From contig NW_024704743.1 in the NCBI RefSeq assembly GCF_018977255.1, positions 48,858,001 through 48,922,000 on the forward strand: 64,000 nucleotides of DNA, written 5' to 3'. Shown piece by piece: positions 25,105 to 38,429 of the stretch. The stretch is from Callorhinchus milii (Eukaryota). The notes below the pieces were generated by a model, which saw only the letters and a list, made by a program, of their open reading frames with translations, had not been told where the DNA came from and did not search any database. How positions within the stretch are numbered: position 1 is the first letter of the stretch; each line of letters opens with the position of its first letter. A program made the position numbers and the translations under genes.

Positions 25105-26090
25105 TATTGAGTTGATATTTGCAGTTGACACCATACTGAGGAGTATGGTAAATAATGAAGACATTGCAAAAGATACAGGATGACAGAAAGGCTTCCAGAA
25201 TAGGCCTATAGGTGGCAGATGAATTTCAATATGGATAAATAATAATAATCTTTGAATTTAATATAGTGCCTTACCAATTTGTCAAGACACTCAAAACCCT
25301 TCACAGAATATATTGTAAAGTGATATGACTGTGTGTATCTTGTGTGTTGAAGTGATTCACTTGGATAGGAGGAATAAAGAAATCCCTCGTAAATTATATG
25401 GTAAGAACCTAAGAGGAGTAGTGAAGAGATCTGGGGATTCAGATGAATAATTATCTAAAAGTAGCAACCCAGGTGGATAAGGCAATAAAGAATGCAACAT
25501 TGTCCTGGACTTTATGCCCAGAGGAATAGAATAAAATAGCAAAGAAGTAATCTTAAATTTGTACAAAACCTTGCTTAGACCATGTTTGAAATATTGTGTA
25601 CAGCTCTGGTCACCATTCTACAAGAAAGAAATTGTGGCAATGGAGAGAGTGCAGTGTTGATTTAACTAGGATGTTACCATGGATGAGAGGATACGGCTAT
25701 CAGGAAAGACAGAAATGGTTAGGACTTTTTATCCTGGAGATGGAAAGATTGAGAGGAGATCTGGTAGAGGTATTTAAAATTATGAAGAGGTTCTTTATTG
25801 TTGGCAAGTCCATAGTAAGGGGGCATAAATATAAGATAGACATGAACAGATCAAAAAGAGAGTTTAAGAAAGTGGTGAGAATTTGGAACTCGCTACCAGA
25901 TAAACTGGTTGCAGCAGAAAGTATAAATGCATTTGAAAGGAAAATTGATGCATAACTGAAATAAGGGATTGGAGGTGTAAGGGGGAGACTAGGGAGGTGG
26001 ATTAGGATGGGTAGTCACTCCCATGAGTATGCACACCTGCAAGGACGAATTGGGTTAAAGAGCCTATTTCTTTTTTTCTCTAATTTAAAA
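25105..26090 (+). mobile_element. CR1 LINE (RT to 3' UTR), decayed, with nested SINE tail
   Basis: 'FAVDT' (cf. FADDT) at about 25118, then 'LYKTLLRPCLKYCVQLW' and 'ERLRGDLVEVFKIMK'. A minus-strand SINE tail is inserted at about 25240-25345. Confidence 0.88.
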
Positions 26091-26271
26091 TTATGGGGAA
26101 CGAACCCCTGCATAAGTTTAAGCACCTCTATCAGATCTCCTCTCAGTCATTCTATACAAAACAAATTAATACATTATTTTTTTATAAACTCTTTTCCCCA
26201 AAATTATTTTTTAATAAATGTTTATCATACTTCTCCTTTGCCTCCTGATTTAACTCCATGATCAGGGGTAG

Positions 26272-26460
26272 TAATAAATAATAATAATCCTTGCATTTGA
26301 TATAGTGCTTTATCACATCTTTGAGACGTCTCAAAGCGCTTCACAGAATATACTATAAGGTGAATTGACTGTATATTTTGTGGACAAAACGTGGTAGCCA
26401 ATGTAGCACAGCAGTGTCCCACAAACAATCGTGGGTTGAGTGACCAAATTATTATTTTTT
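26272..26460 (-). mobile_element. young SINE 3' half
   Basis: aataatccttgcatttgatatag...gggttgagtgaccaaattattat. Confidence 0.9.
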
Positions 26461-28614
26461 TAATTTTTTTTGTATGGAATTAGTAAGAACGTAACACAGT
26501 GTTAAACACATCTAATCCCTGAGTTCGCTAATAATACTATGAAAAGGGGTCTCACTATCGTCATCTATTTGCTCTGTCGGAATTGGGTGGTGATATCATT
26601 GAGAGTATGAATACTCCTACATGGCTGAATAGGTCTATGAAGTACACGGCTAATCATTTGGTGAAGTTCACTGCCATTATGCTAAGCAGACAGTTAACAG
26701 TCATACACGCTCGGGGAATCATGTCTGCACTGAAACAGGGTAAATTATAATTTCTGATGTAGATATTTGCTGTCCCCAAGCTCATAGCTTTGTGGGTTGT
26801 ATGATTCATTGTGTTCCAGGCATGTGCCTGAATGGGGAGTGAACGCATTGACATGGGACTGAAGAAGTTCAGGACTGTGTGTTTGATATATTCAGGATTA
26901 ATCATGGCATCAGCAAATAAGTCAAAAGTGGGGAACCGAAAACAGGCAGTGAGGCAGCTAAGTAAGAGTGCAAGAGTTCAATTTAAAAAAAATCACAACC
27001 CTTATATCTGAAAATTAGATCTGTTTACATACATAAAGTTGTCACTGCATTTTAAAGAAGGATAAAGAAGTTGTTTATTCCCTGTCTACTCATGAATCAG
27101 ATCTTATTCTCCTCCTTTGCCTCCTGATTTAACTTCATGATCTTGATATGATATAACATAACAACATAAAAACAATCTAACTAGACAACCAATAACTACA
27201 GCGCGTTTTATGATTTTTGGACTGAACTGATCTGTTATTTATGAAAATAACATTCTGCCAGATCTAAATACTGTTTGTACTTACAGGACAAAGCTATAGC
27301 ATGTGAGCAATGGAAAGTCTATTCCAGGGGATTCTGAAAACATTGACAATTTACAGACTCTCAGTACTTTCAGATGTGCCGCATACTACACCCTACATGT
27401 AAGTGCAAGTCATACAATTTCACAAGAGAAGCTCGGATGAAGAAGCTCCTTCAGGACTTTTGGATCGAACCTCCTAGGAACCTAATCTGACATATTTCCA
27501 TGACAGCATTTAGCTATTTCTTACATTTCTTGATGCTGTGATGAGGTGGGTGTTTTGGAAGGATGAGATCAGATGGGCTGGAGGGTCTTCTTCATCCAAA
27601 TCAATTTTGTGATATGAATCTGAGGTCCTGGTCTCAACCACCGATCCTAGAAACTTGATCCAGTTGTTCGTTACCTAATGATGAAGGGATACCCAGGATT
27701 TTGAAAGCCCCTTGAAAAAGCAATTAGGTCCTAGATGGTTATGGAATGTGATCAGAAGAGTCTGAGTGGGGAATATATGACAGAAGAGACATCAAGTGAG
27801 CAGGAGTCAAAACTGAGTCTGAGCAGGAGGGAATTGAATTTATTTATTTTAGGAGAATTCAAACAGCTGTTGATTTAAAAAATAATGGTTGTGGAAAAGA
27901 TATGTCAAACATTGCAACAAAGAAATCAATGTCACAAACTGGGGACATCTGTGGAAAACTGCACAGATCATCTCACTTGCGAAAGAAAAGTTCATAATTT
28001 GTAAACTCTGCAAAAAATACATTAAATTCAGTTTGGTTTCTAAGTAATTAAAAAAGGGGCATTAAAAAGTAAGTTGCACCATAACATGTGAAAGGACGAG
28101 ACATTTGGCGTCTGCTTTACTCTCCAATTCTTAACATTGAGGATGACTTGGTGAAGGGTAATCTGAGTAAAAGCTTCACTTCTGCTTATGTACATGAAGA
28201 GAATTTCTCTCTGTGTCCTGGCCAACAATCCCTCAGTTAAACTTGATGGTGGAACGGTGGAGTGTTATCAGTGAAGGTGCTTTGGGTTAAAGAGATGAAA
28301 GTCAGGCTGAATTCCCGTTCACTATACTATGGCTCATAGCCTCAATCAATTTCTTTGCCAAATTTCTATCTAATTCTTCATTGAAAAATTGCCTACACCA
28401 ACCTTTAGGGTTGGCCAACAAAATAAATTTACTTGATTGAATATTTTTTGATTGATGCTATAAATCAAGAAATATTCAATCAATAAAGAACTGAAAACAC
28501 ACTAATGATTGAATACGCCATTGGCCTACACAATATGCCTTCACTGGCTCCCTAGGAGGTCTATCCTACTTATTCACCACTCTTTGTGTAAAGTAATTAA
28601 ATCTCATTGTCCTC

Positions 28615-28750
28615 GCAATTGGCTGCCACGTTTCGCCCACAAAATATACAGTCAATTCACTTTACACTATATTCTGTGAAGTGCTTTGAGATGTCTCGAA
28701 GACCTGATAAGGCGCTATATCAAATGCAAGGATTATTATTATTATTATTT
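28615..28750 (+). mobile_element. young SINE 3' fragment
   Basis: gcaattggctgccacgtttcgcccacaaaatatacag...caaggattattattatt. Confidence 0.92.
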
Positions 28751-29903
28751 TGGGTTTACCTTTGTGTCCCCTTGTTTTGGATATTTTTGACTTTTCTAGC
28801 CTAGAATGCATTGCTGTCAAGGTTCGCATGATGCATAATAACCACTTGGATGGAACCTGGCACTGTGGAAACGTATGAAAGGGGAGCTAAATGTGCATTT
28901 AGGAGCTGGGAGAAGGAAAAGGAATAAAAATAGAGAAAAAAAACAATCAGAAGTGAAAAAATAAGTGCTTTATTAACCAGAGAGTTGCACGTGAACTCTG
29001 AAATCCCACCTACCTCAGGTGAAATCAAGGAAATGGACCTAGATTGAACTCTAGTAACGTTTTGGTGTTTTAAGACAAAATAAATTGTGGAATTTAGCAT
29101 GTATTTTTACAACATATATCTTATTTAATTCCACACCAATTCCATTACTTTGAATTATTTCATTAGTGGAGAAATGCACGGAATTTCTAGCCGCAGATCG
29201 TATATGCTGGCCTGTTAGAGTTAGGCTAAAATGGATGTGCAGAAATGTGAACTCATGTCAATAACTGTTGGTGTATTTTCTGAACTGAAAACATATTGCC
29301 ATAAGCTCAGGTTAATATTACCACACGCAGCATGCTTCTGGCAGAAATTCTTATTTGCACTCCCTGATAAAAAAGCAGTGATAAGGGAGACTGTAACCTT
29401 GTTGTAAGTCAGCACCCCAGAGGGAACTAAACCTGTCATGGAAAATGTTGCTTTTGTTTATTAAGCTGCAGGTACAGTGCACTGACTGGCTGCAACACTT
29501 GCTCTTAATTGTGCCCAGGAATTCGTCACGTTGCATTCGCTCCTGTATGAATAACATTTCTCCCCAGGATGCCACGTGTGCTGGCATTGAATCAGTTGGC
29601 ACATCATAGTCATGCTACTATGGCATTATATAAGGAGAATAGACATTTGTATGCTATTACCCCAGCATTAAGATTCCAATTATCATTGAGACACAGGAGA
29701 CACACCTGGCAAAAGCCTGCAGTAATCCAGGGTAAATTTAGGAGATGCATTCAAGACCTCAAATCTGGAAACCCAAGGCTTCCCCCCTCCTTCTCCCCCC
29801 TCAGCATCCAACCCTGTCCCTGAAAGTGCTCTGAGACATTACCCTATGTGCATCAGTGCTGGAAAGTGAGGCAGCATCAGAAAAGAAGTACATAATAAAT
29901 GGC

Positions 29904-30102
29904 TATGTTACTCATAACATACTAAGTAGTTAATAAGCCCCAGCATATTAACTACTAACTCATTCATTGCTAGCACATCAGGGCACCTAATGGGTATGCT
30001 AGTGTGCTGACAATGAATGCATTATTAACTGTGATGTGCTGACTCATTGATTGTCAGGTGTGTTGACAATGAATCAGTTAGCATATGACAGTTATTAATG
30101 CA
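29904..30102. repeat. chain of four inverted repeats (MITE-like multi-hairpin)
   Basis: Stems at 29904-29910/29915-29921, 29925-29935/29946-29956 (11/11), 29961-29977/30003-30019 (15/17) and 30018-30056/30064-30102 (33/39). Confidence 0.85.
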
Positions 30103-30111
30103 GTGTAGTGT

Positions 30112-30460
30112 AAGGGTCTCTAAATCAAGCTCAAAAGGGACAGAAAGCTCCCATGGAGCAGAAGGGAAAAGCTGCCTTAATCTTAATTTTCAGTATCAAT
30201 ACAGACCGTGAAAGTAGGGTCTCATGATCCTTTAGGGACTTGGGGCTGTAAGCAAGAGATGTCAGAGATAACTGGCTTGTGGCAGCCAAATGTTCATAGC
30301 ATTGTCACGTATTGATCCTTCCAATCATGGCAGAGCTGAGGGAGGATTGTTTCACCCACTGATAGGAAACATGAGCTGGGTTTGGACCATCACGAGTCAG
30401 GTTGGTCTTACCTTTCTGATGATGTCTTGTTACATTTGTAATTCTGAACTAGAGAAACCT
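30112..30460 (+). pseudogene. decayed 28S rRNA 3'-domain fragment
   Basis: Colinear with vertebrate 28S: ggacagaaa.ctccc.tggagcagaaggg, ttttcagta..aatacagaccgtgaaag, gataactggcttgtggc.gccaa, ttcacccact.atagg.aac.tgagctgggttt.gacc, ctgatgatgt. Many CpG-to-TpG/CpA changes and two internal deletions. Confidence 0.92.
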
Positions 30461-32694
30461 ATGTCCTATGTTATGTTTACACTGTGAATGGGCTGAATGT
30501 CTTTGTGCCCATTAAACCTTCTTCTCATTTGAGGTAAAGGGCAAGATATTCCACTTGCCTCTGAAGTGCAGTGGCAGCCATGTGTGCTAGGTATAGGAGA
30601 GTTCCATTTTCACTCCACCAACATCAAATCATTGCCCTTAGCAGCAAGAGGGATATAATTTTTGATGCTGTTGTAATATTTTCTTCTATTCCCCTCTTTG
30701 GATAATCACAAAAAGATTTAAAAGGGAGGATAGAAAAAAATCTTTACACAGAGGACTGGTATCCTCAAACCAATTGGTGGATTGTAGAACTCTCTGCCAC
30801 AAAGCATTGATGAAACATTCAAGGCTGTAATCTCATTATTGCAGTTCCCCACATCACCTCTTGAATCTGCAATTGTCATTGGTGTACCATGGGAGGTGTC
30901 CAGTAAATATACCTGCAGGATAAGTGGACAGAATATTACACCAACTTGTTCTCTCACACCTCCTGGCTAGTGCACATTAATAATAACAAAGACCTGAACT
31001 TGTAAAAATGGACAGAATTAATAAAAACCTGGCAGGGGGAGGGTGAATTTGGTATGTGATGTGGTAATTATCACTGGTGATAAGTATCACAGCACATAGC
31101 CCATTGTACTGCCCCATGATTGTACAAAGTTGTCTAAGCCTAAATTATAGCCTGAAAATCATTCTTAATTGCTGTATCCTTTATTTTATTGCTGTATGTG
31201 TGCGTGGTTTAAAATAGGTGCTTTGAAATCTGTATTTTACCAATGAACAGAGCTAGAGGGTAATTACAATAATCAAAGCAGACCTGATTCCTTGCAATGT
31301 TGGTAAAAATATACGTTGATGATGTTAAATCTTCGGACATTGTATTTCTAGCTGGAGGCTTTATAATTTCTGAAGGATTGCAGATTAATAATGTTAATTT
31401 GTCTCAGTCCTAGTAACACATGCTTTCCTTCACTGTTAGCCATCCTATTGACCAAATCAGCATTGATTGCATGAACTAACATATGTCTCCCTACAGCTAA
31501 AAGGAGAGACTGTCTTAGGTTACAGGCCTCAGAATTCTGTATATATGTAGAGAGCATTGTAGCTCGTATTATGAAACCAATCTGGACTCTACTTTGAGCA
31601 CGCAACAGGAAGCTAATCTGTGTTTGGGATGACATTTGGGACAACACTGAACTGGTTCTCTGATTGCTTCCAGCAAAGCTTGTTTGTTCATGGTCATCCA
31701 AAGTCTCCTTAAAAATAACCTGAAAACACAGAGCTGACAGCTGTGTGCATGAGAAGTGAAGCGTCTCCAAGTAAACAAGGAGAATTTCAGAAGGTGTCTC
31801 TTGAATCCATGCCAGAGACTGAGTGCTGCGTGGCTCCAAGCAGACTACATTAATCCAGCAATCTTGAATTCTAGCATTACAAAGTGCTGAGGCAAATATA
31901 ACCAAAGAGGTTTAGTTAATATTTTTTGTGGATTATGAAGCATCCTTAGCAAACACTTTGTAAAATTGGATTTAAGGATATAAATTAGAAATTAGGGATG
32001 ATTTAAAAAAAAACAATACATAGTAATATTTTTTCATGGAGATACTTTAAATTTCTGTTTTGATGACCCACATTGTTATTGAAAATGTTAGAAAGAAACA
32101 TAATTGAACAATTATGAGCATGTGCCCTCAGTCAGTCGTAGATTAATGAGTTGAACCCTGGAATTGGGATCATTAAGTTTGCTCAACCCTTTCAAGGTCA
32201 ATAAAATGATTAAATAACTTGCAATATCTTTTCCCTGATTTCCTTGGATTGAAGGGAAAGAGTTCAGCAGGATTTTACTTAAATGAACAGACTCCGTGGA
32301 TAGACTCTGGAAATCATTGCAAGGCTGAGGTAATCAAAGCTTGTGGAGAACTTTTACAGCCGTTTATTTACCAGACAAATTTGCAGCTGGAGACATATCC
32401 TCAAGCCAATGCCCTAACAGGTAGGGTGGTCTTAGATGGACAATTACCCTGCTGCAAGGTTACCATGAGAGCCAAAGAAAGTGTCGGTTGGCTTGGGGCT
32501 GTGCTGGAAAAGCCTTTCTTGGATCATGTGAACTGAGGAAATACCAGATGCGTGTTTCCTCCACCCTTGGCAAGAAAGGTTAGCTTGATCAGCAGTGGGG
32601 CAGCTCGGCATTCCACCTCATTGTTTCCGCTTGGGTACAGGGGTAACACAATTTAGGCAGGGCTTTCTGATCCTGATAAATTGGGGACGTTGAT

Positions 32695-33005
32695 CCCCTA
32701 GTCTAAACTGACACTTCAGTGCAGTGCTGTGGAGTGCTACATTGCACGAGGTGCCATCTTTCAGATGAGAGTCTGCCTGTTTAGGTGAACATTCACGATC
32801 CTGTGGCATTACCTAATAAGAAAAGAGATTTTCTTCCAATCATCCGACAGCAAACAGTCCCTCACTTACAAGATTGTTCATGTTTGTGGGAAACTATTTA
32901 TGGAAATGGGTGCTGTGTTCACTTACAAATTCGGCACTACATTTTCCCGAAAATTCTGTGAAATGCTTTGAAGTATTTTGATATTACAAAGCAAGAATTA
33001 TTATG
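32695..33005 (+). mobile_element. older DeuSINE (Deu domain plus tail)
   Basis: ctgacacttcagtgcagtgctg..ggtgccatctttcagatgaga...gatcctgtggca...tgtttgtggga...gtgaaatgctttg. Confidence 0.8.
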
Positions 33006-33244
33006 TTATGGAACCTTAGTGCTAAAAACTTCAGGGGAGATTCTACAGAGATTGATGCATTTATTGATCTTGGTAGCATGAGTTTAAATGTTTTTTTTGT
33101 CACATTGTAATGATAAGGAATTATCAGATTTGGATTCAAATATGAATCCACATGTGTACATTGATCAGAGTTAGGTATGTGTCATTTTGCATTAGGTAAT
33201 GCACTTCAAATGCCATGAAATGTATACCATATGTACACTGCATA

Positions 33245-33400
33245 CTGGTCATTCACTTCATGGCTGTTTGTAAGACATTGGTATGTGCAAATGGGCTGCT
33301 GCATTTGCCTACAAATAGTCACTGCGCTTTACAATATATCCTGTGAAATACTTTGAATGGCCTTTTGGCAGCTAGACCAAATATAAGCATTATTATTATT
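33245..33400 (+). mobile_element. Deu-type SINE 3' half
   Basis: ggtcattcacttcatggctgtttgt...gtgcaaatgggctgc...attattattatt. Confidence 0.75.
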
Positions 33401-34999
33401 ACTTTGTAAATTACTTTATTTAAAAAAACATCAAGTTTAGCTTTGGTTCTATCAACATCAAAAACCTTCAATGATCATCAAACATTACATTGAAAAAGAG
33501 AGATGAAGTTGGCTACTGAGAGTTCTCTGAGAATAGATAATCCTCCTCTTTCTACATCTTTCTTACCTCAAAGACCAATTTCAACCTCTTTACTAGCTGA
33601 CATTGCTGAAGAATGGAAGCCAAAATGGCTCATCTCCTTTTCAATATCTCATCTACAATTAGACCCACTTCCTTTCAGATATGGAAAGAAAGACAATGAA
33701 ATAGGATTCAAAGATTTCCCATGTTCTACAAAAGATGGAACAGACTCAATCTCCTACACCAGCTTGACGTCTGTCCAACTCCCACACCAGCCATCCTGTG
33801 GTCCCTTTGAATGAGACGTCCAGTGACAGCTTTGTGCATTCATCTAAAGAGCCAGTGCTGGATTTAAATGAAGGAAAACCTCTGAGGGGAAAGGCCAATG
33901 TGCTAAATAAAGCTGTGAGACTTACTTCCTCCCTCTATTTCATTATTTATCTCCTTTTTTCTGATCCAATGCCTTATGCCAGACTATTGTTTCTACAGGT
34001 ATTGACAGTCCTTCAATATCTGAGCTAAGTGACCTGTAGCTTTCTATCTTGTTTTCTGAAGGTTATACATTTTATCACAAGTATTAGTGTTACTGTGCAG
34101 TGACTTGTAAGGATGTGAGGATTGGATTCCAGCCTCTTAAACTAGCAAAACTAGTTATTGAAACTGTTTTCCAACTGTCATCTTAATAATTTACAGTCAG
34201 TAGTAAATTATTGCCCAGGAATGCAGAGAATTTACTAAGTGATAAATATTCTATATTTGCAAACATTTACTACCATAAATGAATGAGCATCTTTACGTAT
34301 CTTTACTCTGCAATTGTGGGATGGAATTGCTTAGAACCTCAATGAATCTCTGGCTGTACGTCTATGATGCTGGTGGTGGGGGTGTGTGGAGTGTCTAGCA
34401 CTGTACAGTATTGAGTTATAATTGCAATCAGATGCATCCCATAAACACTTCTGCATGATTCACTTAATAGGCCACAGGGGAATACAGAACAGAGGGATGC
34501 AATTAACTGGAACATTTTGTAACTAAAGTAAATAACTAACCAGTTCTTAGAAAAAAAAACAGATGTTCAGATTTCCGGTCAACACAGTAAACATTACACA
34601 CATAAAAAATACATCAGGTAAATTGTGACTATACCTGGTACTCCGTTGTTGATTGAGGGCCAGGGTGTATTTTGCAACTTCACAACTTGTGCAAATGCAG
34701 TCGGATCCCGTTATGACACAACCATATGGGTCCATATATCAGATTCCTTGTAAAGTGGGTTATGTTATAGAGTAACTGCCGGCCAGGATATTGATGGGGC
34801 TTTTGCTGATGTCACTGAACCTCTCTTCGTGCACGTGTGCAGGAAGCCGGCAACCACTCTCACCAGCATTTCCAGCAGTTGCTCGGACACTGGGAGGTCT
34901 TCTTCCTCTGCTGATTATGTGCTAGAACATGTTACTCCATTTCCAGGGCTACAACAACTTACACTTATTATAGCGGCCCTTCACGTAGGGTAACTAGAT

Positions 35000-35390
35000 A
35001 ATCAAGTACAAAACCCTCGTTCTCACCTTCAAAGCCCTCCACGGTCTTGCTCCCCGCTACCTCTCCAACCTCCTAACCTCATATCAGTGTGTCTGCTCTC
35101 TCCGCTTGGCAGACACTGACCTGCTTCAGGTCCCCCGCACTTCCCGCCCCACCATTGGTGGTTGGGCATTCAGCATCTCTGCCCCCACACTCTGGAACTC
35201 TATCCCGCAATCCCTCCGCCTCACCCCCTCTCTTGCCTCCTTCAAGTCTCATCTAAAGACCTTCCTCTTCGACTGTATGTTCGGCCACCCTCCCACCCTT
35301 CCTGACTCCAACTCCCAGCCTGGTCCAAAAACACCTGGCTGTCCAGCAACCTGGGATGCCTTACAGGTGTAATTTGTTGTTGTTGTTACT
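35000..35390 (+). mobile_element. L2 LINE 3' end (ORF2 C-terminus)
   Basis: Translation 'IKYKTLVLTFKALHGLAPRYLSNLL...GGWAFSISAPTLWNSIPQSLRLTPSLASFKSHLKTFLF' followed by a (TTG)n tail. Confidence 0.93.
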
Positions 35391-35768
35391 TGTGTGCTTT
35401 ACAAGGACTGGATTGGAAACAGAGCAAGTGAGCCAGGGGAAGTGGAAAGTCACAATAAATGCATTTGAAAAGGTGCGACTTAAACCCAGAAAGAGAGGGA
35501 GTTCCAGAGATTAGGAGAATGTTATAGTGCTACAGTACACTATGAAGCAAAAATATAACATGGCAAATCTATTAATGAAAAATTGCCTTTTTTACATACT
35601 CGTGGATGAGATGTCTCCATGGATCTAACCCCTATTCTTTGCTGAGGGAAGTTTTAAAATGGGGATTTGGGATGGTTCCATGATTTTCCAGTCCAACTGT
35701 TAGATTTAAGAACAGTAATCACTCCTGCCTGCAGTAAGGGAGGCCAAAAAATCCTGAGTAATGTCCCC

Positions 35769-35868
35769 AAAGGGGTTAGGTTTTCTGCGCCAGAGCCAAT
35801 AGAAATAAAGTAAATGCAATAAACTAGACTGTTTCTATTGACTATGGCAATGGAATCCTAATCCCTTT
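35769..35868. repeat. ~38-bp-stem inverted repeat
   Basis: Left arm aaggggttaggttttctgcgccagagccaatagaaata versus reverse complement of the right arm aagggattaggattccattgccatagtcaatagaaaca. Confidence 0.8.
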
Positions 35869-36399
35869 TTAGTCTAGCTTTTACTACTGTCTTTCTCTCT
35901 CTTTCTCTCCCTCACTCTCCATCTCTTGTAGATTTACTCTCTTTCTTTCTATGACTCTCTCTAAGTCTATGTGTGTTTCTATCTCTTTGACTAACCTTAT
36001 ACTGTTCAACAATGGTAATACCCTTGCAGTAGTTGGCGGGGGGGGGTGGTGGTGGCACTTGTGCTCATGTGCAAGGTTATTTTCTGGATCCTAGGAACGA
36101 GATGTTGAATTTGACGGTCTGAGAATGCTTTGTGTGTGAACAAGTGTTTCACACTGGTACTTGCTGACATTTGGATAACACTAGAGAGATGCTGTTTCTT
36201 GCTGAAGTCACAAAATGCAGCCTGCCTCAAACAGGTGGAAATGTGCTTCATCTTAAAAAAAATCAGGTGGTCTGCAGGCACAATAAAGCAAACATAATTG
36301 TCTGAAATTTGAAGAGATTAGCAACAAGTTATTACCCACTTGGGTCAGAATAAGCAGCAAAACCAGAGTCTTGAAGGGGTCCAATTTGATTCACAAAGG

Positions 36400-36785
36400 G
36401 CAGATATATCAGTGCTGAGAAATGGATCATATTCTTGGCATTTCAACACCAAGCATTCACAGGTCATGAGAAGTACAGCCCAGATGCAGAGCAAAGGTCT
36501 CTTTACACTGTTCCAGTAATTTGGTTTTCCCCAACCTTAGCCGAGCACCCATATTGTAGCATTGTCAGTTTTCATTTCCACCACACATTATCCTTATGGT
36601 CTATCTGAAACAAACTGCCAATTTAGTGGCAATTAGTTGAATTATAGGCAATTATATTATCCTCTTATTCTGACAAATACCGCTTGAAACTGCCTCATTT
36701 CACTTGTGATTGTTACAGTGTTATAAGAGAGGAGACTTCCATACTGTCAGTCCAGGCTGGATTCACCAGTGGTGAAAGGATAATC
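36400..36785 (-). mobile_element. LF-SINE-like element, second copy
   Basis: The reverse complement shares cctttcacc, gactga..g.atg.aag.ctcctctct, aagtgaaatgagg, actaatt..c..aaattgg and gtggaaatg with 5563-5990. Confidence 0.65.
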
Positions 36786-38429
36786 CCAACTAATTATATT
36801 ACTGTCCCATACACTACCTTTACAAAATAACCACAACCAGAACTATTTATTTTCCTGCATCTGGAGCAGGAGCGATCAGTCTTCATTATATGAGTCATAT
36901 TTTGCAGCTGTTTGGTTATTGCAAAGTTAAGATAATTATTTTAAAATATTTTGTTCTGAGGTGATGAAACAGGAAGTTAATCTTCTGAATGCATGGTTTC
37001 TGCGATGGCATTTTGAACATATTCAACAAAGCCAGTTTGCTTAAACATGAATGAAAAAACAGCTCAATGACACAGGATTGACAGCATTTTATGGGACATA
37101 GATTTACTTATAACATATACATAATGATGTATTAAGAATAAAAAGCATATGATATGTATTTAAAGCATGTTAGTTAGGTCCATTGAAATCTTTCATATTA
37201 GTTTAATCTTTTTCACCTTTCAGAGGGAACTGGCAATCAGTTGCATTTTCTTTGAAGACTCCAACAGATTCATTACAGTACTCGTGCAAACAGATAAGGT
37301 GTATAACACAGTGGTTTGTAATGTCACAGCATCACTGCCAACTCTATTGTGGTGCAAGAGCCTTTCAAATATCTTAACCTGAAGGAGCAAAGGGGCAACA
37401 ATGCTCTTAAAGCAACAAGCTGACCTTACATCCAGGGCACAATGTGCCACGACTTTCCTTCAGAGAATAATTAAAGGTCCTAGCAATAAGTTTTAATAAA
37501 CCACTTGCTTGTACCTATGATTAAAACACTTAAATTGTCATGTAGAATGCTGACAAATAAATGCAGCTCACAATGAGTTGTGGGGCAGTAATTCAAGAGA
37601 GCAGTTTCTGTCAAGTCACGCTGGAGCAGGTCACAATATCCACAGAACCACAAGATGGAAGTTACTGCCTAAAATCCACTGTCAGACATTCCATGTTCTT
37701 TCTTGCATCTAATCTGTACATTATTTTCAAGAACGTTAACTTTTGTATAAAAACATTTTAAACCCCATGAGACAGTGGATATGCTGAGGGCACCAGAAGT
37801 GAGGTAGCATGACATAGCTGAAGGAGGGAATAGTGAAAATGGATGAATTAATTAAAGAGATAAAGATTAAATCTTTTGATGACTTTAAGATTCAGCATCC
37901 ATACCACAACATAGTGTTAACAGGAAATAATACAAGGCAACCTCATAATAGCATGGTTACCCAGAGTGAATATATTAGACAGTGTCTTAAAAGGAGCATG
38001 AAAAAAATAATTGCATTTGATATAGTGCCTTATCATGTCTTCGAGATGTCTCAAACGCTTCACAGGATTTACTGGATTGTGGGCGAAACTTGACGGCTCA
38101 CTGTTGAAGTTACGTCCTGTGTTTTGCACACGTTCATACTATGTGCAGGAAACAATGCTGACCACATTTCCTGTGCACTGCACATGCATGCTGAAATTGG
38201 TCTTTACAACTCTCTAAGTAGATTGTTCTACTATCTGGTCAATTCTAAAGTTTTGTCCTTGGATTAGTTTTTCAATCCCATTTAAAATGTTAGTCACCTG
38301 TATAAGGTCCCCTCTGAGGCACTGACATAAAATATAAGAATGTAAGGTTAATTTGCAGGATGTGTTAATGGATTTCTCAATTAAGAAGTGGATTTTTTTG
38401 CCTTTTTATTCATTTAGTATTTCCCAATA

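Noticed and set aside
30112..30460. Functional rRNA gene
   Set aside because: A short fragment with deletions in conserved helices, CpG decay and no flanking rDNA.
31348..31905. Longest ORF in the track (185 aa)
   Set aside because: Non-ATG start, no recognisable domain and no supported exon chain.
38301..38318. 18-mer tataaggtcccctctgag shared with 9585-9602
   Set aside because: It is the CR1 'RGDLI' motif present in two CR1 remnants.
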